DNA of 64,000 nt from Azolla caroliniana (lineage: Eukaryota; Plantae; Polypodiophyta). This document shows positions 13,101-26,104 of this stretch, piece by piece. The stretch covers positions 3,224,001 through 3,288,000 of the forward strand of contig JBHGNT010000011.1 of assembly GCA_043228905.1 (NCBI GenBank), given 5' to 3'. Each line of letters begins with the position of its first letter. Position 1 is the stretch's first letter. A program made the position numbers and the translations under genes. The notes below the pieces were generated by a model. It worked only from the letters and a program-made list of their open reading frames with translations, was not told the origin of the DNA and made no database searches.

Positions 13101-14073
13101 AGTAAGTTTGTAAAAGCTTACGTGAATCATCTATTTCAACCTCTTCCCTCCTCTTTGCATCCATTGGTAAATACTTTGTAAATTCAACCATGACTACTAT
13201 GATTGGAGTAAAACAAGGATGCCCCCACTATCATCCACCCCCTTCAGTCTTTATATATTTAATTACATAGAGAGATTGAATGGTTCAAAAGCATGTGTAG
13301 CAAGGGCAGTCATACTGATATTACTGTAGCCATTAGCATTGTGTTGACATCTAAATGCTTCAAAGTCATTTTATATGGAGAAGGATCTGCAATTATCGTG
13401 TTTTTAAGGAAATAAGAGGGAGATACCTCTGTTTCTTCAAACAAGGTCATGGAATACAAAGATCTGTAGTTCTCAGGACTCTTCTTTCTAGAACTCAAGA
13501 GAGAAAATACAACCCCAACACCTCATCGACAGAGAACTATCGTGACTTTCTTTAGCTCCATCATTCATGCTACAAGTCAATGTTTGCTCTCAAGAGACGT
13601 TGTTCTTTCTAGATTGATGAATGCCTCCTTAAGGACATCTCAACTCTTTAAAATAACAACGAAAAGTTGTTATTGCAGGCGCTCATCAATCTGTCCTAGA
13701 ATACATTACCTGATCTTTTGGGTGGCCTAGGAATTCTGAAATAACGAATTAGTGGATTTTAGGATTTCTTCATTTGGATTATATTTGCAATAGGATTCAA
13801 CTCCCTATAGGCCATGACTGTCGAGACAATGGCCTCATCACCCCTACCACTGACAAATAAAGGCCATTATCAATCGGCATAGAAAGTCTTTCCCTTGCTT
13901 CAGAAATCTCTCCATCTTTGAGTGGCCCATGTTGGAGGTTTTTTTAACACAAAAGTTCAGTCTATGTAAGTTCAGAATCTTAAGGTTTTTGATATTCAGA
14001 AGCTTTGGAACCCTATATTTAGCTATATTTATGAAGGGAGCTGAGAGCAGATAAGGGCACTGCATGACCACAC

Positions 14074-14141
<68 letters not shown>

Positions 14142-15895
14142 GCATTGCTTTTTCCATACTGCGAAATTGTGTGCACCCTCAAGCTTCTTGATATGAACTC
14201 TGATCAGTGTGTAAGGGGCTTGCTTGCAGAGAACCTATGCTGGGCAAAATGTGTCTTTTGCAGCCCAATGCCTATCTCCTGCATATGCTGACTTGTAGTG
14301 AGCTGCGCTGATTTTTCTAGTACCCTGCCCATCTCCTGCGTGCATTGGCCTGTAATGATCTGCGCTAATTGTTGCAGCCCCCTTCCCATCTCCTGTGTGC
14401 GCTGACCTGTAGTGAGCTGTGCTGACTGTTACATCCCCTTGCACATCTCCTGCGTGCGCTGACCTGTAGTGAGCTGTGCTGACTGTTGCAGCCCCTTGCA
14501 CGTCCCTTGTGTGGTGACCTGTGGACTGCAGGAACTCTGAGAAGTGTCATACCATACCCTTTGCTCCAAGGGCAGATCGGGGCACCATTGGACCACATAC
14601 AACAGAGACAGACAGCTGCAGACATAGAGATAGAGAGATGCACAATCTTTCTTTTTTGGGTGTCCACCCAATAGGTTTTTAGATGGATATATGTGTGTCC
14701 ACACCCTTGCACGAATAAAAAGCATGATGGCCCTATATTCCTAACAATTTATTTTGGTTTGGTGCTCTCAAAGAGGAAAAACATTGTAAAATATACTTTT
14801 TTTTCATCTTATAGACCATTTTGGCCTCTTAAAAAATATTTATGTAGTTTTCATACTTTCAACAAGCCCATCTATAATCTAACTGAAACCTGTGCTATAG
14901 AGTTTGGCAGATAAGGGTAAGTCCAAGAGTTCACGGGCGTTAGATGGAGCAATGGCCACCTCTAAATTAGGTGGATCTGCAAACTCAATCTCTTCACATA
15001 AATCAGTCAATACTACCCGGGTGGACACTGGGAAACATTCCCAAGGGAAGCTACTTGTTTTGAGGGCTAATAAAGATAATGGAGGATCGAATATTGCTTC
15101 TAACTTTGATGGAAGTGATTCCAATCAGGTTGTACACAATGTGTCTAACATAGCACCAAGTCTACCAGCCAATGCTGTTAGTCTTACTAGTCAGCGCAAA
15201 AAATTACCAGACAGTAGAGATGTGCGTCCAAAGGATCTACAAGAAGAAAAAAAACCATCTACACAAGCAGCACAGAACAGAAGTGATTTTTTTAATGCTC
15301 TAAGGAAGAAGGCAGTGAACACTGGGGAGGTCTTCATTATGGCTTTAAAATCTGAATCTCCAGGTAGTACAGGCAATAATGCAGTATTGTCAAGTGGAGA
15401 AGCACTACTACCCAATGATTCAGGCAATGCTTGTCAGCTGGAAAAAGTTGACCTCGGTTCAAATTCTCTTACTTCTGAATGTAAATATCAAGCTCAGAAT
15501 AATGGAATTCTAGGCCATGCCACACATAATGGCATCATTACTGATAAGATTGATAACCTAGTTGAGGAAAGACAAGAGGATGGAATAATGGACTCAGAGG
15601 AGGAGGAAGCAGCTTTTATGCGCTCTCTTGGGTGGGAAGAAAATGCAGAAGATGGTGAACTGACTGAAGAGGAGATAAATTCATTCTATCAGGTCAGATT
15701 TGTTCAACAACTATGTTATTTTTGTGAATATCTGTTAGTATGATTCTCATGTGAAATTTTGTGCTTGAAACGTATCTTCAGCTGATGAAAGAAAAGAAGT
15801 TATTGACAAATGTAAATCATTGCAATGGTGGCTTGGAGAGTTTAGAGAGTACATCATCATCTGACTCGGATTCAGATTGTAAGTCTATGTCATAG
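10177..15895 (+). CDS. At1g36990/At4g08510-family protein (GPBP1/vasculin-like), 5 coding exons: 10177-10267, 10353-11290, 11370-11459, 14901-15692, 15782-15895
   Basis: GT-AG introns join in frame. Motifs: MEKTEASLVPGWLK, FDRNFPCLG, LNMAEALAQIPPRVRTPPQ, QRLEELALKQSRQLIPV, AQNRSDFFNALRKK, EEEAAFMRSLGWEEN..LTEEEINSFY. An in-frame ATG at 10168 is an alternative start. A probable non-coding first exon lies near 5400-5870. Confidence 0.85.
13185..13330 (+). mobile_element. Degenerate LINE reverse-transcriptase fragment in an intron
   Basis: Translates in part to IGVKQGCP...NYIERLNGSKACVARAVILILL, the region from the QGCP motif to just before YADD. Confidence 0.6.
14077..14135. repeat. (AG)n microsatellite
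   Basis: Pure AG run. Confidence 0.95.
14275..14525. repeat. 57-bp intronic minisatellite, ~4 units
   Basis: atctcctgcgtgcgctgacctgtagtgagctgtgctgactgttgcagccccttgcac repeated. Confidence 0.85.
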
Positions 15896-16583
15896 AAGAG
15901 GATTTTAGAGAACCATTTTTTTCCACAGGTGTAGCAATGTTTTTGCAACAGGTATACTGTGTATCCATCTTGTCCTACCGGAGGTGAGTTGTTCCTCTCA
16001 AAAAGAACTATTATTGGGGTAAAACAAATAATGTTTGCACTTGCTCAAATTCATGCAATGGGTACTTTCTGAATGTTAAGGAGTACCTATCCATGTGTAA
16101 ATCATGTATTGGTTATGCTGTGCAGTCTAAAAGGATATGAAAAAGTAGCTTGATTTTATTTTGTGCATCAAATGTTCTTAAATTCTCACCTGTCTGGGAA
16201 GCAAGTTTATGCTCAATTTAGAAACATCATCTTTCTTTGTAAGAAAGCTTTTGATGATGTTAATTATTAAAAGGTTTTCAATTGAAAAGGGGAGACTTCA
16301 ACTGAAGGCGGTTTGCTATGTCTTTATGGGTATCACCATGTTTTAAATTGAAAATGTGAGGCTTACTATTTAACATGAGGGCAGATTTGGCAGTCTTCCA
16401 TGTTTTAAAATTTGAAGGAGAGATGCATTAATTAACCAAGATACTGCGTTTGGCAATCTTCCATTTTCTAAAATTTGAAGGAGAGACATTGAAGATGTTG
16501 TCTTTGGAATGATATAATGGCAAAAGAAACATTTTCAGCTAAGTCAGCTAAGTGAATGCATTACTACAAAAGTTACATAACAT

Positions 16584-17012
16584 ATAGAGACTGGTCCATG
16601 TTCCTCAATGGTACATGAATGAACCTGTCTTAAGTACCAATTTCCTTTTTTGAAAAGCCCTAGTGTGAGATGTTCTCTGTTATTTCATTTAAGAGTGGAT
16701 ATGATATGTCAGTAAATGAAATTTCAAATGTATATGTTGTGATTTGTAGTATTTAGAGACTGGTATATGTTCCTCAATAGTACATGGATGGACCTGTCTA
16801 TGTACCAATTTTCAGGTTTGTAAAGCTCTAGCGTGATATGTTCTACATATAGAGACTGTTCCATGTTCCAAACAGTGGTACATTCATGGACCTGTAAATT
16901 AACTTCCTTTTAGGTTTCAGGTTCGAAAAGCAGATGTTCTTTGTTATTTCATTTAAGAGCGGATATGATATCTCAGTAAATGAATTTTCAAATGTATATG
17001 TTTTGATTGCTA
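16584..17012. repeat. Interleaved local duplications
   Basis: tagagactg.t..atgttcc...gtaca...ggacctgt three times; agatgttct..gttatttcatttaagag.ggatatgatat.tcagtaaatgaa twice. Confidence 0.75.
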
Positions 17013-17907
17013 GTGTTTTATTTTATGTCTTGGTAAAGGGCAGTTGTGTGCATCCAAAGAGTAGTCATATAGTGGCACTGGAGTTGACAATGCGCTATTC
17101 GTTTGTGTATTAAATGTTCATTATAATTACAGTATTTCAACAAAATGGCATGAAAACTTCATTCATTTGAAACGTTGTTCGTCTTTCATTCATTAAAACG
17201 TCATTTGATGTTCATTTTCCAAGAAGTACAGTTGGGAAAGTTGCAACTAAGTGCAAAAGGTGGCAACGGCATAACAATGATCACCTCATACACTTTGTGC
17301 TAACTTTTGATGAAATTGGATCAAGATGTATTTTAAGAAGAGAGGGACACATGCTTTGCCATGTCTTTTAACGATTTGAATCAGGAATAAGAAGCTAGAG
17401 TTGAGCAAAAGTTATGTTCCAATGATTTCGAACACAAGCTAGGAAGGTAGAACATGACCAAAGTTATGTTCGACAATATGAGCCAGGCCTAGTAAGGTAG
17501 AAGAGCATCAAATGGGCTAGGTTATGGTCCAAATAATTCGCCAGGTTGTGTTGGGCAGACAATTGTCCAGGAAGAGAAAACTCAGGTTTGGTCATTATAA
17601 CTGGGCTGAAGAATGTGGAGCCCTGTAAGCCAGGCTGTGTGAAAAAGACCAATCTGAGTTCGGTCCGAGAAGCCATGGCTGTGACCTTCCTGTGTTTGAC
17701 AAATTGGCCCTCTAAGAAGAGAAAATAAGAAGAGGAGAGGAGAGGAGAAAAAAGAGAGGAAGGATGACAGTCCAGAATATAGATATAGTTTTCTTTGCCA
17801 TGTAAATCAGAGAAATGAGAGGGCTAGATTTGTAATTTCGCTTGCTCGATCAACACAAGAACCTACCCCGCGCAGAGACAGGCAGACAGACAGACGCAGG
17901 AGGAGAT

Positions 17908-20410
17908 ATGGAAGGAAGGCCAAGCTTACTCGACCTTACAGAAGACGTCCTCATCTGCGTCCTCTCCTTCCTTGAACCCAAAGATCTCTTCACCTGCTCT
18001 TTTCTATGCAAACGCCTCAGAGAGCTTTGCAATGGAAACGGGAAAGCTTGGCTTCCCATCTGCGAAAGAAGATGGGGCCGTTTCACAGATCTCAGGAAAT
18101 GGGGCCATGGAGAAATCTCCCATAGTTTCTTATATTCTACACTGTCAAGATGGGAGAATCTGATAGGTTTCTGGCGAGGTGTGGGTTCGAGCGGGTATGG
18201 CTCTTTAGCTCTGTTCCAATGGAGCTCTAATCGGATTTTAGGGTTTAAACTTGTTCCTGACGACATGGACATGGGCATGGAAGGTTATAATTATGGTGTT
18301 CAGAAGATACCTTTCTTGTGGATGGGCATTAATAAAGATGGGCAGGTTGTGTGCTATCTTGATCCTTACTTAGGATGTCTTGATGCCGATAAGAAGATGG
18401 AGGAAGAAGATTTATCTGCCCAAGGTATGTTGCTTGTTGATGTGCATTTTGTGGGTGACCATCATCTCGTGATCCAAGAGATTGTTCAACACTCTGTTGT
18501 TTCTCTCAACAATGAGCTTGCCCATGCTGTGACTATGGCGGCATTTGGAAATAGCCATACTTTAGATGCGCTCATGATTAGCCCGCCACCATCGACGCCT
18601 TTAAAAGATAAGGACATGAAAGGTTCGCCTTCATCCTTTACATTGTTGTCTCCATCGTCATTGTCATCACTATCCATATCATCGTCAAGTTCGATTTCAT
18701 CATCATCATCAGTAGCATCGCCATTAATGTCCAATGGTAGAAGCCCCTATTCGAGTAGTTCTGAATCTGATAGCTATGGTTGTAGTCCCCCCACCGGGAG
18801 CTTCCAATATGAGATGTATCACTTTCTTAAGAACAGAGTTACTAGTGCAGGAAGCGAGAAGGCGAGACAGAAACAAAAGAGAAGGGATAAAGGGCGTACT
18901 CGGCATCCTGGAAAATCTATCCGCGAGCCCGATCACTTTGTTAAAGTAATACATGAAAGACCCACAAAATCAAGACCCCTTCAAGGACTTTGGAAGGTAG
19001 GAATGAACTAGCATGTGCATTGATCTATATTTGATTGTTTTTATCTTAATTGGGACCAATATTTGTCTTCTTTCAGTATGAATACGATCATATCTTAATC
19101 GAGACAATTAGGTCAAATATAGTTCCAGTAGCTATCTCATTTGGTTGGCAACAAATCACCATAGCTATATGGTATAGACATAGGTCTAGGGTTAACGGGT
19201 ATGTGTTGACCTAACTCAATGGATTCCCAGAAGGTACGAGCAAATTAACAGAATCAATTAGGCCAGGCGTAGGGCCCATTGGAATGTAGCACATGAATGT
19301 AGTCCGTTTGATTGCATTAAATATCGCAGAGTTGATTAAGATTTGTCACCGATGGGAGGAGTAGGTTAAGGGCTGTAGTGTGGATACTTATGCTTCATAT
19401 GTAGTTGTAGGGTTAACTCCTATAAATAAGGCTTGTCGAGTGCATTCGGGTAATCATACCTTAATTAAGCCAATTAGGCTAGAAATAAGCCACAGACAAT
19501 TAGTTTGATGAAAGTATTTAACCTTAAGGGGTATATATTTAAGAAAGTCAATAAGGCTATTATCTTATGGAGGCCATTTGTTCTGGCAGAGTTTGGATAG
19601 CTTCAGTTTAGACAAAGACCTAGGGATGGCAAGTATATAGAATATTGGCCTCAATAGCTGACTCCGTCAAGGTAGTACCTTGATCCTTAATGGAGTCCCT
19701 TTGTCCAAAGATGGGTTGTGGATGGGAATTTGGTCAGCCAAACTCTGGATAGCAATATTATGGATGTAGAGTTTGAAAATGAACTCTATTAACTTTTAAA
19801 CAATGATCGTATGCACGCTTGAAGGATTGCTATTTGAGGTGGATTTCAGAGTTGAACACAATCTATGAGTTATAGGACAAGGAACCACACCTCTAGGATA
19901 ACCTTGGGTCCTCGGTTTTAGTTTATTGAGATTGATAGTAACTGACTGCACTTGAACATTGTTTAGGGTTTCTCTGGTGCGGGGCTAGATTTTGTCCTAG
20001 TATCGTACGATGACAAAGAAGGAATTGTTTGCCGCAAGGTGCAAGACTTAGCCGGTCCTTCAAAATGCGGATCAGTGCTTTGGACCTCTAATTCTATAAC
20101 AAGAGTTGAACCTCCACTTCCAATAAGTGAGCAAGCATTTTACAATAGTTGTATGCACATTCGACCATCAAGCTCAAGTACAAATCATACTGAAACAAGG
20201 TTAGCGCCTTCTCAATATAGTGAAGAGGTGATCGGGATGCTATGCACATCTTCATGTGATTTTCAGTCTGTGTTAACTTCTAACAACAGAGAAGGAAGGA
20301 TTTGGCTTTATGCGGATGGAAATTTCGGGTTCAGTTATCTCCATTCAAATTCTGTTGTTGATTTTAGGGTTTTGTGTACTGAAGGATGCTTGTTGGACAG
20401 CATCGAGTGA
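17908..20410 (+). CDS. F-box protein, At3g12350-like; exons 17908-18996 and 19967-20410
   Basis: N-terminal F-box (LLDLTEDVLICVLSFL...LCKRLRELC), then WENLIGFWRG, PPTGSFQYEMYHFL, EPDHFVKV..PTKSRPLQGLWK|G..LDFVLVSYDD, EGRIWLYADGNFGFSYL. A GT-AG intron keeps the frame. Confidence 0.9.
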
Positions 20411-21159
20411 AACGAAACATTTCTTCGACATTGCATTTACTCGAGAACAAAAAAAGACGTCAATTCTGCCTGCCATTTTATCTCAAGGTAGGATAGATGT
20501 AGGCATGTTCATCGAGATGTTTCCTCTCATGATGTCAAGATAACAGCATGTGTATGTTATTGTGTGTGTGCGTGTGCATCTGTGTTGGTGATTGTGGTTG
20601 TGGTTGTGGTATTAGGAAGAAAGGGTTTATGCATCACAAAAACGAAAGTGTAATTTTTTGTGGGTTTTCACTCATGCTGAGGTTTCCCACCAGTAATATA
20701 TTGTAATACAAAAAGGTTCAACCATGGCCTTGGTGGCCACCATTATACCATATTCTTTGGATGTTTCTAAACTAATATATTGGGATTTCTCCACAATGAG
20801 GTTTCCTACCATATTGTACTACAAAAAATGAGGTTTCCTTCCCTTTTGATGTAACAATGAGGTTTCCTACCATATTGTACTACAAAAAACAAGATGTGTG
20901 CATAGAAGCGTGTTGTTGCATGTTGCATATTCTCTAGGTATTCTTATTGGTCACTTTATCCTCTAGCATATTCTCTAAGAACTCCCTATTCTGTTGGCTC
21001 TCCTTAGCATGAAGATGTTTACGTTGAAGATTAACATCTCTTTGAATGAATTAAAAAAACCATCTCAAATGTGCATATCTAGTTGGTGGTTATCCTGCAT
21101 ATCTAGTGTTTAGGTAGTTGCATTCCTCAAGAATACAATGCTTGCTTAAACATCATTGT

Positions 21160-21330
21160 ATTTTTAATTAATTTAACTTAAATGCTTATTTTATTTAATG
21201 GTTTAATTTAATGTATTTTTCTTAATTTTAATTTTTTAACTTAAATGGTTTGTTTTGGTTTCAACTTTTGTTGATATGATTTGGTTTACCTTTTCCTTAA
21301 ATGGTTTCGTTTAAGTAGCTTGAGAGCTCA
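21160..21330. mobile_element. Internal fragment of MITE family A
   Basis: aatttaacttaaatgcttattt and ttaaatggttt..ttggtttcaactttt match 4260-4450; no TIRs. Confidence 0.55.
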
Positions 21331-21519
21331 TAAACAGTTTGGTTTTTGTTTTCTTTATGTTTTGGCATTATATGCATTAGGTAACATGTCAAAATTTGAG
21401 CATAGATGCATTGTTTTGGCATTAGGTAACATGACAGTTTGCGAAATCTCCAAGACATAATCCCAAATATTTTGTGTGGCCATTGTACAAATTGAAGAGT
21501 ATTATTTTTCCATTGTGCA

Positions 21520-21861
21520 AAAAACAAAATCACCTATTGTTGATCCATCCTCTTTACAAATGAACCTAAAGGCAACCCTCCCCCAATCAACATTGTCCGT
21601 TAAATAAAGACATTTGTTTGAAACAATCAAGACTTCCAACTATGTTATCTTACAATAATTGAGTTATGCCATGCAAAATCCAATCCAACAAAATTTGTGT
21701 TTCGATTGCAAAGGTAGGGGACATCCTTATAACAAAGATATAGTTCAAAACTTTTGGTATATAACCCCATATCAAGTGGAATGCATAGTAAGCATTTGGC
21801 ATCAATGAAATCCAAGAACCTCTTTCACATTGTGTCCATTGTGTTTTCTACATGTATAGCC

Positions 21862-21900
<39 letters not shown>

Positions 21901-22800
21901 GCAAAAATCTAAGGGAATAGAAGAATGAAAAAGGGCGACCTTTAGCTCTTCACATGAGTACGACAAACTTTAATCTATATAGCTATTTTTCTTGTGTCCT
22001 CTTCTCTTGGTCCCACAATTGCATCCCAGTACCAATGTTCATATCCTTGTTGATGGTGCTACCTATATATGGCACGTATTATATAACTATCATATTTGAT
22101 ATCCATCATTGACTAAATTCTAAGATATGGTGCAAGGCCATATTCGATGGTATGAAATGTTGGTGGGGTTTTGCATTCGTTATTGGTTCATTGCAATGGG
22201 GTGGTTGGTGCGGTTATGCACTTATAACTAATTATTTTTCTTCATATTCTTGTAACCAATTGCTTACCATTTGTATTGGTCATAATCACTCCATGGGAGC
22301 ATTATGTATGTGAAAATCTTTTTGCTAGAGACAATTGTTGTGATTTCTAGCTTGTAGAGTTTTTGGCAATCACCATATGTATCTTTGTATATGTACAATC
22401 TCATGATTTACCATTGAAGGATGTGGACATGTTCTCGATTTTTTTCATTGCATAAATTGAGCATCCAATTTTCTCAATCTAGGTGCCTTGCCATTTTGTC
22501 CATGCAACTTTCAATTTTGATTTGAGCACGTATTGTTCAATGATACGAGTCAATAAAAAACTCCCAACAAAAAGGAAATCACCATGATGGCATGTTTGCT
22601 CGTACCCATGCATGCAATCGTTTTCTCTTGAGGTAGCTCATTTCCCCATACAAGTTATCAATTTCCATTTCTATAGTATCCTAGCATGTGTCACATCAAG
22701 CTCTCATTCTCGAGAGGCTAATTTTTGAAAACAAGGAGAACGAGCCATACCAATAAGTTAATAACAAACATTATGGTCATATAACATTATAATAAGATGT
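21520..22800 (-). mobile_element. Highly decayed L1-like LINE remnant
   Basis: Minus-strand fragments resemble DNVDW and GCPL...FAIETQILLDWI RT motifs; many stops; boundaries approximate. Confidence 0.3.
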
Positions 22801-23480
22801 TGAAATACAAAGGAGTGCATTTAGCTACATCAATGGTAATAGTAACCATGATTATCCGGATGATCATGGATATTTGGATTGACGCAAGGCCAGAGGAACA
22901 AGGTTCTTTGTATTGGAGGTAAACTTACCCCAAATGTAGTTTCCTTCTCATTACTAATGGGTTTTTATTTGACAAATAATTTTTTTTATTATGATAGCAT
23001 CTACCTTGGGTAAGTTCGGATAACGATGATATTCTTGGTGAATTCACCCTAATCTGCTTTCCGTCTCATCAGTGACGAGTGATGTTACTCCTGGTGAAAT
23101 TGTTGAGAATTCTAGACCTCACTCATGCATGGATTACATTTAAGTTTGAGATCACAAGTGAGAGGAAATTAGCACAATCATTGTCCACGATTGCAGTTTA
23201 ATTTGTGGAAGCAAGGCTAACAATCCAAAGTTTACTTTTGGACACTATAGGCAGACTTCATATCCAGAAGGGCCTTAAACGAGAGTACCATATCGTGGAG
23301 GACACTACACATATGTTTTTGGTCAATAATTGAGGCAAAGGAAAAGATCCCAATGGAAACGTTTAGATAAGAAGAGTATAGAAAGAGATGAGGTCTTTGA
23401 TGTGGCACCTGCTCTATTGAACGCAGGTTGCACCGAGTTCCATGTGGTGGGAGGGGAGGTCCATCTGGTGGGCCAACATG

Positions 23481-23837
23481 TAACAATCGGCAACGGTTCA
23501 GTTCGGTTCGAGAGGGTCCAAACCGAACTGTTAAATTTTTTTAAACTTGAACCACGGAACCTTTAAACCGAACCCATTAAAAAAATTCAAACCGTTAAAC
23601 CGTTAAACAGGTAAAACCGCGGTTTCGTGGTTTGGTTTCGGTTTTCAACTTAGGTCAAATTTAAAATTTTAAAATATTTCATTATTTTAATTTAAATTTT
23701 TTTAAAGATTTTCCTAAAATGTGAGAATAAGGTATGAAAATGATAAGATTATTTAAAAACAAATTTTTTTTACCGAGGTTTCTAACTATTTAAACCGAAC
23801 CTTTTAAGCCACGGTTTCGCGGTTTGGTTTGGTTCAA
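23481..23837 (+). mobile_element. hAT-type MITE family B, one-ended copy
   Basis: Starts with the TIR TAACAATCGGCAACGGTTC and is colinear with 47999-48481, but stops before the right TIR. Confidence 0.8.
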
Positions 23838-24089
23838 GTGTGTGCCTGTATCTCTCTCTCTCTCTCTCCATACCCATGAGTTTGGGCGATGGGAAGGAAG
23901 ATCTGTATCGAAACATACTCCGTTGGCCGTCTCGGCCCTCGGGGTTTTTCTTTATTGCCGGTCCGTTAAGGCTCCACTGGCCGGGCGGTCCATGTGAATC
24001 CCGCGGACAACCAACCAACCGTCCCATGAACACAAAAAAAAACAGTTATTTTGAAGCTTGTTCCAAAGGAACAGGACATTCAATCTCTG

Positions 24090-24095
<6 letters not shown>

Positions 24096-24150
<55 letters not shown>
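24096..24150. repeat. (CT)n microsatellite
   Basis: Pure CT run. Confidence 0.95.
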
Positions 24151-24153
<3 letters not shown>

Positions 24154-26104
24154 GCTCTTTCTCTGTGTCCTTTGCCAGCTTCAGGAAATGCGCAAGAACC
24201 CTAATCCCTTTAAACTAGTAAAAAGAAGAAGAAGAAGAAAAAAGCTTGCAAAAAATGTGCAAGTAGAACTGAAACCTTTAATATTCTTATGATCCACACA
24301 CTCAGGGGAAAGAAAACCCTAGTCCTATGACGCTGTTAACAGCATCAAAAAAAATGCACAAGAAAAACTGGCGTGACATTATCTTTATAATCTACATATA
24401 TGAAAAGAAAAAGTATCCTGTAAAGGCTTACAAATTCCAAAGTGCTCAAATAAAACTGAGTTCATGATTGTTATGGTTCATAAAAGAGAATAAAACTCCA
24501 ATTCTTCGAAGGTTTTAACAGCTCCAAAGAATGCACAAGAAAAAGTTAGATCAAAATGGCTGTTAACTGTTAATGTTCAGGGGGGGCAAAAATTGCAGTT
24601 ACTGGTGATTTTCGATTGTGAGATGCCTAAAAAAGGTTTTAGGATCATGACAATTGTGGCATCACGATAAATCTTTGTATGTAATGGGGTTAACAAATTT
24701 GAGAGGGCTCAAAGAAGTTCTGGGTAATGAGAATCAGGGCATCACTGGACTGTATGTACAACATTAAAATATTTGTATTTAATGAATATTTACTATTGAT
24801 TTTGGAAGGGTAAATCTTTGTACTCCTAGGCATTTAGACAATTGAGAGGACTCAAAAAAGTTTTTGGGTCATGAAGATCATGGTCTTAACATAGGGTACA
24901 AGAATAAATCCCTGTTGGGGTATTCACAAAAGTCCAAAGGCCTCAAAAAGGTCAGTTGTGTAATGAAAGTAAGAGTCTGCAAGTCTCAGTATAGAGTACA
25001 AGGCGAAAAACTTAAATCATTAAACTTATTGGCTATTGATTATTGATTCTGGAATGCTGAATCTCTGAACTTCCTGGGCATTTACAGATTTGAGAGGTTT
25101 CAAAAACAAGTTGGATCATCTAAATCATATATGGCACAATGCTCAATTACTGCTTTTAATATTATGTGCTTGAAAAGCAAGGTTCTGTGTGAGATTTGGA
25201 TCCTAAAAATTGAGGCAACCCAAACATATGCATGTGTTACTCACAGCTGATACTTTTCCAGCTGTACCTAGCCCAAGTCCACAGGAAGTCTTATAGACAC
25301 TTTGCTGCTACGACACCGAATTGCAGATTTACAACCTCGTGTTTTTAGCCTCTGTAGGCATGACTGGATTGTCCAATAGAAATGAAAAAACTATGTATAT
25401 ACATAAGCAGTCTCACAGGAATGGAGATGTGTTTCGTGGATCAATGTACCAATTGAAATGATAACTATGTATATACATAAGCTACAAAATCACTAAACAC
25501 GATGAATATCGTCATGTTTGTAATCCAAACTTCCAAAATAACAAACTCAAGTGATAAATTATAACAACCATTTCGAGCTCAAGAGTGAAAGAACATCTCA
25601 ATTACTCGAATAAGGTTTTCATATTTTATCTTTTCTAATTTCTTGATTTCAGAATCTGCGCTTTTAATAATTAAGTAGCCTCTCTTGTAGGAGAAGCCCA
25701 TAATGCTGAATACTGTAGGGAAGCCTAAGGGAAAGTTGGCTCGTTCCAACATGGGAAAATGTAAAAATACTTTTGTTGACATGGAAAACTTGGTTAAAAC
25801 ATGAGGAAAAGTGGGCTATTTCCCATGGGGGAGTCTACACTTCTTGTGATATGGCTATGTCTTCATAAAAGGCTCGAGTATTATGCCAAAGGAGAGACCA
25901 GGAAAATGACAATCCTGGAGAAGAAACATAGAGACTTTACACATATCAGGGTTAAAGAAAACATGACTTGAAATTGCCATTCGAGCAAAAACAAAAAAAG
26001 AAAACATTTTTTGACAAGACCTCCAAATGCTTCCTGATATTCCCTATTCCTATGGCTTGTTTCGAACCGATGTCCCTCTCTTGTGAGAAGAGAAAGTCCG
26101 CAAA

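Noticed and set aside
19204-19615. Possible solo LTR in the F-box intron
   Set aside because: TG start and a TATA-like motif are present, but no convincing CA end with a TSD was found.
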